Below are positions 11,946 to 20,910 of a DNA stretch of 64,000 bases, piece after piece. Made by a program: the position numbers and the translations under genes. A model generated the notes under the pieces. That model was not told where the DNA came from. It did not search any database and saw only the letters and a list, made by a program, of their open reading frames with translations. The stretch's first letter is position 1, and each line of letters opens with the position of its first letter. Origin of the DNA: a virus (lineage: Duplodnaviria > Heunggongvirae > Uroviricota > Caudoviricetes); IMG/VR virus record IMGVR_UViG_3300029705_000031. One strand, given 5' to 3'.

Positions 11946-12908
11946 TTAACTACGACTTAATACACGAGTAATTTCAGTGTATAAATCTAGAGCATCTTTG
12001 TTAATTGTACTATCAACTAACTGATCTCTATATCCTCTAATGTTAAAGATACAAGAAGTTATAATAACTTCTAATAGTCTTTGATAATTTTCTATAACAA
12101 ATATAGAATCTTCACCATAAAGATTCATGAACTCATTTAAGAATACTCTTAGATTTAGCTTATTTAATACGTCAAAGTATTCAGATAATGCTTTAAAGAA
12201 AGTTTCTAATGATTCATAATTCTCTTTAGGGAAATCTAAATCTGTACTAAGCATTAGTTTCTTAGGACTATTACCAGAAGTGCAAGCATAAGCAATATCG
12301 TTAGTTGCATCATTTTCTGGTTGTTCTAATACATAAAGTAGGAAGAACTTAGCTAATAGATAACTAATACGGTCTGACTTCTCAGGCATTAGATTGATTG
12401 CATATAGTTTATCTAATACTTTTCTCATTAGCTTTACATAGCATTCAGCAGAAAGTTTTTTAATCTTACCATTCATAGTAAATTTTCTTTCTGTTTTTTG
12501 TAACTCTCTAGAGATATAAGCACATTCTAGATAACCATATAGTTTTTTATTATCTATTCTAACTTCACCTTGTTTGCTTTTAGTAGCACCTATAGACTCT
12601 AGATTTACTACAGCAGTTATGTCATCCTTAAGAACTCTATTCTTTATAAGAAATATTGGAACTAATCTGGTTAGTTTTACATGATCTGAAAAAACAGTTG
12701 TTATTTCTTTATTTTCATAAGAATTGATAACTTGTTGCTTTAAGGTAAATGAAAAACGTCTTTTAATGATATCGATTTCATTTTTAAAATATTCAGCATC
12801 TACTAGATCTTTTTCCCAATCTATTTTCTTTACATTTTCTCTAAAGTTTTTACCTACTTTTTCATCTTTTCTAAATAGGTAAGTATCACTTAATCCTTTC
12901 AAGCACAA
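11946..12908 (-). CDS. hypothetical protein (320 aa); first gene of minus-strand operon
   Basis: ORF preceded by 130-nt AT-rich divergent intergenic region. Confidence 0.55.
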   Translation of the reverse strand: MCLKGLSDTYLFRKDEKVGKNFRENVKKIDWEKDLVDAEYFKNEIDIIKRRFSFTLKQQVINSYENKEITTVFSDHVKLTRLVPIFLIKNRVLKDDITAVVNLESIGATKSKQGEVRIDNKKLYGYLECAYISRELQKTERKFTMNGKIKKLSAECYVKLMRKVLDKLYAINLMPEKSDRISYLLAKFFLLYVLEQPENDATNDIAYACTSGNSPKKLMLSTDLDFPKENYESLETFFKALSEYFDVLNKLNLRVFLNEFMNLYGEDSIFVIENYQRLLEVIITSCIFNIRGYRDQLVDSTINKDALDLYTEITRVLSRS

Positions 12909-13041
12909 ACACCTACTTTCTTTCTTTTTTCATCATAGATTTATTAGTTTGTTTCAAGTAGATTAACTTGTTATTTTAAAAAGATTTACAACTATATATC
13001 ATAAAGGTATAGAAAAACTAAAGAAAGGAAATCTGATACAA

Positions 13042-13314
13042 ATGAGTAATTTTGTTGAACTTAAACAAGGTTTAGAAGGAAAATCTGAAGGACTTATAAA
13101 TCTTAATAGAGTATCATATATCACTATTGACATTGATAATTATAACTACATTACTGGTGAATATTCAGATGATCCAATATATTTTATAGTTTTTGTAATG
13201 GATGATAAGGATGAACATAGAAGACAATGTAGTTCACTATTAGAAGCACAAATGATCTATGCAAAACTAAGAAAATATCTTTGTAAAAATGAGGAGCTGA
13301 ATGAAATACTATGA
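13042..13314 (+). CDS. small hypothetical protein (90 aa)
   Basis: ORF with AAAGGAAAT RBS context. Confidence 0.45.
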   Translation: MSNFVELKQGLEGKSEGLINLNRVSYITIDIDNYNYITGEYSDDPIYFIVFVMDDKDEHRRQCSSLLEAQMIYAKLRKYLCKNEELNEIL

Positions 13315-13526
13315 GTAAATGGATGAAACTTGACGGATGTTTGTTTAATTTAGATTATGTTATGAAGATCTATATGTTAAACGAAGTTAATAATAGAGGA
13401 AAAGATAAATACTATATAGTAATCGTCCAAAGTGAAGATTATGGAGAATATAGAATTCCTTGTGTTAGTAGAACTGAAATGGAAGATACATTCAGTATGA
13501 TTGAAAGAAAAGTTATGGAGGAATAA
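13311..13526 (+). CDS. small hypothetical protein (71 aa)
   Basis: ATGA start/stop overlap with previous ORF. Confidence 0.45.
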   Translation: MSKWMKLDGCLFNLDYVMKIYMLNEVNNRGKDKYYIVIVQSEDYGEYRIPCVSRTEMEDTFSMIERKVMEE

Positions 13527-13529
13527 CAT

Positions 13530-14630
13530 ATGAAAGAATTAATTAAGATAGCACATATAGCAGATGTACATTGGGGAAGCATTAATCCTAAGAAACTTTA
13601 TAATGATTTAAAAACAGAATTCATTGACAAAATCAAAGCTATGGATGATCTAGACATGATTATGATTCTAGGTGATTATTTCGACAAAAAGATTCCTCTA
13701 ACAGATCAATCTAGTATTCTGGGTATCAAATTTCTGAATCAACTTTGTAGTTATGCTAAAAAAAGAAATATTGAAATCCGCTTAATTCGTGGTACTAAAA
13801 CACATGATTTCAACCAATTAGATAACTTCAAATCATTAGAAACTAACTTTTCTAATTTCAGAATCATTAATACTGTTTCTGAAGAAGTATTTAATGGTCT
13901 CAAATTTTTGTATGTTCCTGAAGAGTATATGAATGATCAGGAAGAATACTATAGAGAGTTTAAGAATAATAGTTATGACTGCATGTATGGACATGGTACT
14001 TGGGATGTTTTTGCTTTTCAGAATCAGATTTCAGAATCAGAAAGAATGATTAAGGGTTCTCCTGTTTTCATGTACAATGAATGGGATAATGTAGTAAAGT
14101 ATGACATTATCTTTGGACATATTCATGTAAGAAATAATCATAAGAAGCTACAATATCCTGGCTCTTTTGAAAGATGGTGCTATGGAGAAGAAACAAAAAA
14201 AGGTTTCTTAATTCAGGAAATTGATTTAAAGAATGAAGTATCTTTCATTCAGTTCTTTGAAAATACTAAAGCAACTGAATATACAACAGTTACCTTATCG
14301 AATTTAGTAAATGAAAATGAAGATTTAAAAGAAACTATTTCTAAAATAGAAAATCTAAAAAAAGATAATAGTAACTTTAGAGTAAAAGTAAGTAAGGATA
14401 TGTCTTTAGATAATTTAAATATTCTAAAAGAAACTTTTTCTAATGAAAATTCTATTAGAATCGAATTGCAGTCAGTTAAAGATCAGGTACAAGAAAAAGT
14501 TTTACAAGAATATGATTTCTTAGGTAATGATGTTAGTGAAAATATTCAAGCTTTTATAAAAGAAAAATTTGGTAAGGATATTTCATTAGAAGAAATAAAT
14601 GAAATTTCTAAAGAAGAGAATGATGATTGA
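13530..14630 (+). CDS. sbcD: Mre11/SbcD-family recombination-repair nuclease (T4 gp47-like calcineurin-type phosphoesterase)
   Basis: phosphoesterase motifs IAHIADVHWG (D-x-H), ILGDYFD (GD), and GHIH; size 366 aa typical for phage gp47. Confidence 0.8.
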   Translation: MKELIKIAHIADVHWGSINPKKLYNDLKTEFIDKIKAMDDLDMIMILGDYFDKKIPLTDQSSILGIKFLNQLCSYAKKRNIEIRLIRGTKTHDFNQLDNFKSLETNFSNFRIINTVSEEVFNGLKFLYVPEEYMNDQEEYYREFKNNSYDCMYGHGTWDVFAFQNQISESERMIKGSPVFMYNEWDNVVKYDIIFGHIHVRNNHKKLQYPGSFERWCYGEETKKGFLIQEIDLKNEVSFIQFFENTKATEYTTVTLSNLVNENEDLKETISKIENLKKDNSNFRVKVSKDMSLDNLNILKETFSNENSIRIELQSVKDQVQEKVLQEYDFLGNDVSENIQAFIKEKFGKDISLEEINEISKEENDD

Positions 14631-14642
14631 TTTATAAAAATT

Positions 14643-14677
14643 TTAGTTCTAAGTACTAATAAAGTACTTAGAACTAA
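14643..14677 (+). terminator. rho-independent terminator
   Basis: inverted repeat ttagttctaagtact / agtacttagaactaa. Confidence 0.6.
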
Positions 14678-14841
14678 AAATGTCTGTTAAAAACTTAAGG
14701 AGGTTAAAATGAATGACAAAGATTTAGATCAAAAAAGAAAATGTTATTCTTAATTTAATAAATTGTTTCCAAATTTTTGGAATAAAACTTTATTTAAATA
14801 AATCATTATAAAGAATATATGAAAGTGTAGGTGAAATATAC

Positions 14842-15423
14842 TTGGATTATTTATATAATATTAAGAAAATAGATGAATTAGAAATAGGTGATATTATATT
14901 TATGGAAGTAGATGAAAATAATAGACCTATTTGCGAATATATAATTCTAGAAAATTTAGATGATGGATATAAATCTACTTTTTGTTTAGAAGAAAAATCT
15001 ATGAGAAAGTTAGATTTTAATGATATGAAATTTGTATATTTCTTAGGAAATATGTGTCAAAAATTAAGTATTAAAGAATTAATGAAAAACGTACAAAAAC
15101 GTTATGTTTGGTTAGGTATTGAATATGATCTTATAAAAGTATTGGTTAATTTACTTGATGGTAATGTAGAAAAGTATAACTACGAAACTGAAGAATGGGA
15201 ATACCTTAATGACGAAGTAGAAGATAATGGATATATAATGACATTAACTTTTGATAGTGTTAGATTCCGTATCAATCTTACTACTCTAAAAGTTCAAATG
15301 GCTAACTCTCATACTTTAAGATTTAGAAATTATAACAATTTCCTTTTAGGTTTAGAAGGTGATTATGTTTTCAATAGTGAAAATGAGTTAGAATTAATAA
15401 AACCTAATGGAGAAACAAAATAA
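14842..15423 (+). CDS. hypothetical protein (193 aa), TTG start
   Basis: ORF with AGGTGA RBS; start codon is TTG. Confidence 0.45.
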   Translation: MDYLYNIKKIDELEIGDIIFMEVDENNRPICEYIILENLDDGYKSTFCLEEKSMRKLDFNDMKFVYFLGNMCQKLSIKELMKNVQKRYVWLGIEYDLIKVLVNLLDGNVEKYNYETEEWEYLNDEVEDNGYIMTLTFDSVRFRINLTTLKVQMANSHTLRFRNYNNFLLGLEGDYVFNSENELELIKPNGETK

Positions 15424-15467
15424 AAATTTCTGTAAATCTTAAAGTATATTGGGAGGAGGTTTTAAAT

Positions 15468-17144
15468 TTGGCTAAGAAGAAGGACAATTTAACAATACAG
15501 ATTCCAATTAATCTCAAGCAATTTGAATTATTTATTGGAACTGCATTAACATATAATGAATACGTTAATAAACAGTTAATAAGAAAAATTGCTGAATTAG
15601 CTACAAATATAGATAAAACCATGTATGAAGATGATATTGAGTTAGCTTCTAGACTATGGTTTTTAAAGGCTATACTAAAATATCGTATTAAAAATGGATT
15701 AAAAACTTCTGATGAACTAATTGAAGCTGTAAGAGTTAGTGGTAAATTCGAAGAAGAAATTGATACAATTATAGAATGTATTAATGATAATTGGTATGAA
15801 GAAGATAATGGTTTAGATAGAGAAAGTATTTTATATGTAGATGAGTTAGTATCCGATATCTTACAGTTTAGCTTTATTTTTGAATACCAAGATATTGTCG
15901 ATGATTTAAGCATTAGATTGCGATCTGGTGATTATGGAGATAGTATTCATGATTTTTGTGATTCATATAGAACTACTATAACTAATCTCTATACGGCATT
16001 TAAAAAGGCAGAAACTATTTCTAAAGAAAGTGAGAATGATTTTAGTAGTAATGATTCATCTCTAGAAATTGCAGTTGGTCGTTCTTTAAAACAGTTGAAT
16101 TCTCCTAGTAATAAACTAAAAACTTCTATTCGTATGAAGAATGAAATGTTGAATGGAGGTTATGAGTCAGGACGGTTTTATTTGATCCTTGGTTTACAGG
16201 GTGGAGGAAAGAGTGTAGAATTAGCACAAATAGCTATGGATTTTAAGCACTATAATAAAGATCTAGTTCTAGAAGGTGGAAAGAAACCTGTAATTCTTTT
16301 TATTACTCAGGAAAATTCTATTAGAGAAACTATTGAAAGATTCTGGAGTTTCTATATGGGTAATTCTGATGATTTCAAATCTCATTCTCTAGAAGAAGCT
16401 ATGAAAATTCTAAATGAAAAAGGTTTTTCTAAGGGAACTGAAATGCTGGTTAAGTACAGAAGTTCTAAGTCTATCTCTACAACTGATGTAGATGCTATGA
16501 TAGAAGAAATTGAAGAAGATGGAGATAGAAAAGTAATTGCAGTTATTCATGATTATTTAAAGCGTATTCGCAGTTCTCAATATAGTAAAAATATTGGTAA
16601 TAACTATGAAGAAATGGGTGCAGTTGCTGATGAATGGACTGTTATTGCAAAACAACATGATATTGTAGTTGTTAGTGCCATGCAGTTTAATCGAAATGCT
16701 CTACAAAAGATTGAAGAAGCTATGAAAAAAGATAAAGCTGATCCATTGAAAACTTTAGGTACATCTGATATTGGTGAATCTGTAAAGATTCTAGATAATA
16801 GTGATGTTATTTATTCTATTCATAGAAAACCTAATCCTCTTAATGGTGAAATGATGATTAGTTATAAACTAATGAAATATAGAGGTAAACGTTCTGCAGA
16901 TGCTCCTGAGTATTTCAGTCATCCTTTTGAAGAGAATAATACAATGAAACTGAAACCTGATTTAAATCTGACTAAGCCTCTATCTGTAGTTGAAATGGGT
17001 GATGGAATGAATAATTTCAATCCTAGTGAAAATCGTAAGGCTAGAAACGAAAAGAATGGTGGTAAAACACCTTCTGGTGGTCGTATTACTGTTAATAAGA
17101 GTAATAGAAAGAACTTAATGGAAGAAGAAGACGAAGAAGAATAA
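15468..17144 (+). CDS. RecA-fold P-loop ATPase, probable DnaB-like replicative helicase; acidic C-terminal tail (EEEDEEE)
   Basis: Walker A LILGLQGGGKSVELAQ in the middle of a 558-aa protein; Walker B-like hydrophobic-D stretch VIAVIHDYL; context of replication genes. Confidence 0.5.
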   Translation: MAKKKDNLTIQIPINLKQFELFIGTALTYNEYVNKQLIRKIAELATNIDKTMYEDDIELASRLWFLKAILKYRIKNGLKTSDELIEAVRVSGKFEEEIDTIIECINDNWYEEDNGLDRESILYVDELVSDILQFSFIFEYQDIVDDLSIRLRSGDYGDSIHDFCDSYRTTITNLYTAFKKAETISKESENDFSSNDSSLEIAVGRSLKQLNSPSNKLKTSIRMKNEMLNGGYESGRFYLILGLQGGGKSVELAQIAMDFKHYNKDLVLEGGKKPVILFITQENSIRETIERFWSFYMGNSDDFKSHSLEEAMKILNEKGFSKGTEMLVKYRSSKSISTTDVDAMIEEIEEDGDRKVIAVIHDYLKRIRSSQYSKNIGNNYEEMGAVADEWTVIAKQHDIVVVSAMQFNRNALQKIEEAMKKDKADPLKTLGTSDIGESVKILDNSDVIYSIHRKPNPLNGEMMISYKLMKYRGKRSADAPEYFSHPFEENNTMKLKPDLNLTKPLSVVEMGDGMNNFNPSENRKARNEKNGGKTPSGGRITVNKSNRKNLMEEEDEEE

Positions 17145-17149
17145 AATAA

Positions 17150-17183
17150 AGAGAAAGTAAGATTAGAATATCTTACTTTCTCT
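17150..17183 (+). terminator. rho-independent terminator
   Basis: agagaaagtaagat / atcttactttctct hairpin. Confidence 0.6.
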
Positions 17184-17214
17184 AAAATCTAGATTTTAGA
17201 AAGGAAATGCTAAA

Positions 17215-17592
17215 ATGAGAAGAAATGTCTATCCAGAAACTTTTCTAGGGAAAATTGTTTATCATGAAAAAGAAAAAACGTATTATCGAATTGATCATTT
17301 ACCTAAAAGATATAGAAACACATCTGAGACACATAGTGGAGAATATTTTACAAGAGTAACTAGATTAACTAATAATGAAGATAAGGACTCTTCAGATACC
17401 GTGTTACATATTAATCCAAATACTATAGAACATATGAAACTAATGAAATCTAAGAAAAATTCTAAACTAGAAATTAAGATTTATAAAGACAATAGTTATT
17501 ATAATGAAAATCTAGTTGAGCATACTGCATTAACAAAAGATTTTAATGAATATATATATGATATTCACTATGGTATTCATAAGAAGGAATAA
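17215..17592 (+). CDS. hypothetical protein (125 aa)
   Basis: ORF with AGAAAGGAAAT RBS context. Confidence 0.45.
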   Translation: MRRNVYPETFLGKIVYHEKEKTYYRIDHLPKRYRNTSETHSGEYFTRVTRLTNNEDKDSSDTVLHINPNTIEHMKLMKSKKNSKLEIKIYKDNSYYNENLVEHTALTKDFNEYIYDIHYGIHKKE

Positions 17593-17598
17593 ATACCT

Positions 17599-18150
17599 AT
17601 GGATTTAACAAAAGTTAGTAAATACTTAAGTCTAATTTTACGTCATAAACCTGAAGTAATTGGAATTACTTTAGATAAACATGGCTGGGCAAATACAAAA
17701 GAATTGATTGAAGGAATCAATAAACAACAAGATTTCAATATGAAAATGTTAGAAGAAATTGTTAGAAATGATAATAAACAACGTTATTCTTTCAATGAAG
17801 ATAAGACATTGATTCGTGCTAATCAAGGTCATTCCATTAATGTAGATGTAGAATTGGAAGAAAAAGAACCGCCTGAATTTCTTTATCATGGGACAGGTAT
17901 GAAATATGTAGGTTCTATTAATAGAATTGGATTACTTCCAAAAACTAGACTTTATGTTCATCTTTCAGAAACTTATGAGATTGCTATAGAAGTAGGTAAA
18001 CGACATGGTGAACCTAAAGTTTATCAAATTAAAGCTAAAAATATGTATAAAGATGGATATAAATTCTATCTATCAAAAAATGGTGTTTGGTTAACAAAAG
18101 AAGTTTCTCCGAAGTATTTTAATCATAATATAGATGCTACATTAAACTAA
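17599..18150 (+). CDS. kptA: RNA 2'-phosphotransferase Tpt1/KptA family
   Basis: hallmark Tpt1 motifs: SKYLSLILRHKPE (Arg-His), IRANQGHS (Arg), YHGT, RLYVHLS; 183 aa matches family size. Confidence 0.85.
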   Translation: MDLTKVSKYLSLILRHKPEVIGITLDKHGWANTKELIEGINKQQDFNMKMLEEIVRNDNKQRYSFNEDKTLIRANQGHSINVDVELEEKEPPEFLYHGTGMKYVGSINRIGLLPKTRLYVHLSETYEIAIEVGKRHGEPKVYQIKAKNMYKDGYKFYLSKNGVWLTKEVSPKYFNHNIDATLN

Positions 18151-18155
18151 CAAAT

Positions 18156-18198
18156 TTTGGATATATCTCATTTTAGAGATATATCCAAAATTTTTTTA
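18156..18198. terminator. bidirectional terminator between convergent genes
   Basis: ttttggatatatctc / gagatatatccaaaa with flanking A/T runs. Confidence 0.7.
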
Positions 18199-18675
18199 TA
18201 ATAATCTAGTATCTTTAACTCTAACTGGTGTTAAAATATGTTTTTCTACAAATTCAGGTTTATCTTTGTTTAGTAACAATTTTCTATTATATGAATTTAC
18301 TATACGATTTATATGTGATATTTTAGTTGGATCATAAATGTTTATAACAGGAGAATTGAATTCAGCAGCAGAAGGTATAGGATTAAACATCATAACTAAA
18401 TACCAAAAGTCTACGCTACCATAAATTTTTTTAGCTACTATTTCTGGATGATAATAATAAGCTTCTGGACAATTAACTTTTATTACAAATTGAGCTAAAA
18501 ATCCTTTATATCTTTCTAAAATATTATAATCAAATGTATAAAACTCGTCATTAAAATTTACTTTATGACTAAGATTAGTCAATAGCATTGAATTATTTTC
18601 ACTTTTTTCTAATGATTTATTTATATTAGCAACACCAGCTGTACTATCAAACTTAGAAAGGTTTATTGTCTCCAT
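18196..18675 (-). CDS. hypothetical protein (159 aa)
   Basis: ORF downstream of spike-like gene on minus strand. Confidence 0.45.
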   Translation of the reverse strand: METINLSKFDSTAGVANINKSLEKSENNSMLLTNLSHKVNFNDEFYTFDYNILERYKGFLAQFVIKVNCPEAYYYHPEIVAKKIYGSVDFWYLVMMFNPIPSAAEFNSPVINIYDPTKISHINRIVNSYNRKLLLNKDKPEFVEKHILTPVRVKDTRLL

Positions 18676-18710
18676 AAAATTTACACCACACCTTTATAAT
18701 TTCTACAATT

Positions 18711-19487
18711 TTAATTACATTTACATTCAATATTACTACCACTTTGGAAATATCCTGTACCACCAACATCTATTGAACCACCAATCGAAGTTGCGCCACT
18801 GATATCAACTGAACTATTAAAATTAGCAGATCCATTAACATCAGATGAACCATTTATAGTAACGTTACCATTTAGTTCTATTCCACTTTCAGAAATTACA
18901 ATAGAATTTCCACCAGCAACTAATTTCATTGTATGTTCATTAGTGTCTACTTCAATTCTACATCCATCCCAATATGATCTAATAACGTCTATATTACAAC
19001 GTTTTTCAGGATCTTCATAATTTCCAGGATTTATACAATTTGTAGTATCTATTTTATTACCTTCTGTATTAGCTGAAAATGGTAAGTAATAACATTTCTG
19101 TAAGTCTGAATCAAAAAACAATACTAAGATTTGAGAACCTACTCTAGGTATTCTTAATGAACCAGAACTACAATATGATTCATTATATTTCCAATTTGGA
19201 TTATTACTTTCATAGTAACTCATTGGTCTAGCCCAAATATAATTACTTTCCTCTAATTCCATTTCAGAATCTTCAAAATCTTTAGAATTAAGGATTAAGC
19301 TTTTATCTAATTCTACTTTAAATTCATTTTCAAAAGGTTTCTCATCATATTCATTCTCATACATTAATTGTGGTATAAAAACTGATACTTTTCCCTCATT
19401 ATCTGGATCAATATTATCTCTAACTTCAGCAATTACAAATTTAGATGTATCTAATTTAGAAATATCTTCTATCATATTGAAAATCAC
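18711..19487 (-). CDS. putative baseplate central spike (P2 gpV / Mu gp45-like OB-fold protein) with Gly/Ser-rich C-terminal beta-helix-like tail ending in Cys-x-Cys
   Basis: motif SLRIPRVGSQILVLFFDSD resembles gpV OB-fold core; C-terminal GxxxVxGxS repeats; weak, motif-level only. Confidence 0.35.
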   Translation of the reverse strand: MIFNMIEDISKLDTSKFVIAEVRDNIDPDNEGKVSVFIPQLMYENEYDEKPFENEFKVELDKSLILNSKDFEDSEMELEESNYIWARPMSYYESNNPNWKYNESYCSSGSLRIPRVGSQILVLFFDSDLQKCYYLPFSANTEGNKIDTTNCINPGNYEDPEKRCNIDVIRSYWDGCRIEVDTNEHTMKLVAGGNSIVISESGIELNGNVTINGSSDVNGSANFNSSVDISGATSIGGSIDVGGTGYFQSGSNIECKCN

Positions 19488-19584
19488 CTTCCTTTTATTA
19501 TTAGGTTGTTAAAAACAATTTTTCTTATAAATATATATTCTAACATTGTAAGTATATTGTTTTGTAAAGGAGTTTTGATAGAAT

Positions 19585-20118
19585 ATGAAAGAATTAACAA
19601 TAGAATCTTTAAAAGAAATTAGTAAACGATATAATGATTATGATAGCCCTTTGATAAAATCATTTAATAATGGTACCTATAAAGTTTCAAAAGCATCTTT
19701 AGCTAGATTACTAATTCAAAGTATTACAACATTTAGTCATGACGATCAATTAAAGAAATTTTTAAATGAAGAATTACCAAAATTAACAAAAGATGATTTA
19801 AAAGAGATTTATAATTTGAAAGTAATTTCACGTTCAGATATAACTTCAAAAATGTTTAGTCTTTTCAATTCAGATTTAATAAATCTAACAAATATGGAAA
19901 AACAATTCATTTTTCTATATGCTTGGAGACAAAATTGCATTTTATCTGATAAAGAAGAGAAAATGACAATTATTACATTTCTTAAAAAAGAAAAACATAT
20001 AAAAAGTAAAGAAATTAAAAAAGATATTGCATTAGCTTTATTAGAGATTGATTATCTAGACTACTTTAATCCAAATGATTACAAAAGAGAATTATTTGAT
20101 ATTTCATTAAAAATCTAA
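19585..20118 (+). CDS. hypothetical protein (177 aa)
   Basis: ORF with AAAGGAG RBS. Confidence 0.45.
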   Translation: MKELTIESLKEISKRYNDYDSPLIKSFNNGTYKVSKASLARLLIQSITTFSHDDQLKKFLNEELPKLTKDDLKEIYNLKVISRSDITSKMFSLFNSDLINLTNMEKQFIFLYAWRQNCILSDKEEKMTIITFLKKEKHIKSKEIKKDIALALLEIDYLDYFNPNDYKRELFDISLKI

Positions 20119-20145
20119 AACTTTTAGGGAGGATAATAAACATAT

Positions 20146-20628
20146 ATGGAGAACAAAAAGATTTTAACAGATTACCTAATTGAGAAAATGGAAGACGTTT
20201 TAGATTTAGATCATGATAATGGAAAATACACTATGCAGCAGCAGATCTTTGAAAAAGATAAAGATATTATTTGTAATCTATTTCTACCTTTTAACATTGA
20301 TGGTAAAACAATTGTTGATTATAGTGAATCTGCTAATGAGATTTTAAAGAAAGACAACTATAGACATTATATTAGATTCAATCCAATTAAGTATAAATCT
20401 CATCTATGTTTACTAGAAGAAGCTTTAGTAGAATTTGGTAAAAGTATTGGACAGGATTTAGATAGTTCTGTCATTAAAGATGATGAAGGATATTATGGTA
20501 TTGTATTGATTACATTCCATGATGGATCTAAAGAAACTTTCTTAGAAACATCTAAAGGATATAAAAAAGAAAATGAGGCTATTTTAAAAGCTATCCTGTT
20601 AGCTTTAACGGATTATGAAGAGGAATGA
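20146..20628 (+). CDS. hypothetical protein (160 aa)
   Basis: ORF with AGGGAGG RBS. Confidence 0.45.
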   Translation: MENKKILTDYLIEKMEDVLDLDHDNGKYTMQQQIFEKDKDIICNLFLPFNIDGKTIVDYSESANEILKKDNYRHYIRFNPIKYKSHLCLLEEALVEFGKSIGQDLDSSVIKDDEGYYGIVLITFHDGSKETFLETSKGYKKENEAILKAILLALTDYEEE

Positions 20629-20634
20629 TATAAG

Positions 20635-20910
20635 ATGTCTTCAGATTTAGAATCTATTACTACAATTATGTCATTTAAATGTAATAATTGTAAAGGTGAA
20701 TATATTGATATGAATTTAAAACCAGATTATGATAATTTCTATCATTGTAAAATTTGTGATACTTATTATGCAAAAACTTATACGTATAATGGTTTTTATT
20801 ATGTAGCAGACTTATATGAAATTGATAAGAAAATAGTTTTTGATAGAATGCTAACTAATAGCAATCATAAGATTATTGATTTAGAAGGGAGGAGTATTTA
20901 CATTGTCTGA
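20635..20910 (+). CDS. small zinc-ribbon protein (CxxC...CxxC)
   Basis: CNNCKG ... CKICDTYY motif pairs. Confidence 0.4.
   Translation: MSSDLESITTIMSFKCNNCKGEYIDMNLKPDYDNFYHCKICDTYYAKTYTYNGFYYVADLYEIDKKIVFDRMLTNSNHKIIDLEGRSIYIV

Noticed and set aside
13018-13031. Recurrent 13-mer AAAGAAAGGAAAT immediately upstream of several start codons (also 17193, 28155, 57122)
   Set aside because: Considered as a shared promoter/operator, but its fixed 5-10 nt distance from ATG shows it is the preferred Shine-Dalgarno context (AAAGGA), not a transcription signal
15404-15913. 169-aa minus-strand ORF antisense to two plus-strand genes
   Set aside because: Ser/Leu-rich low-complexity translation, overlaps the well-supported helicase gene and its RBS, no RBS of its own; typical antisense artefact of AT-rich coding DNA
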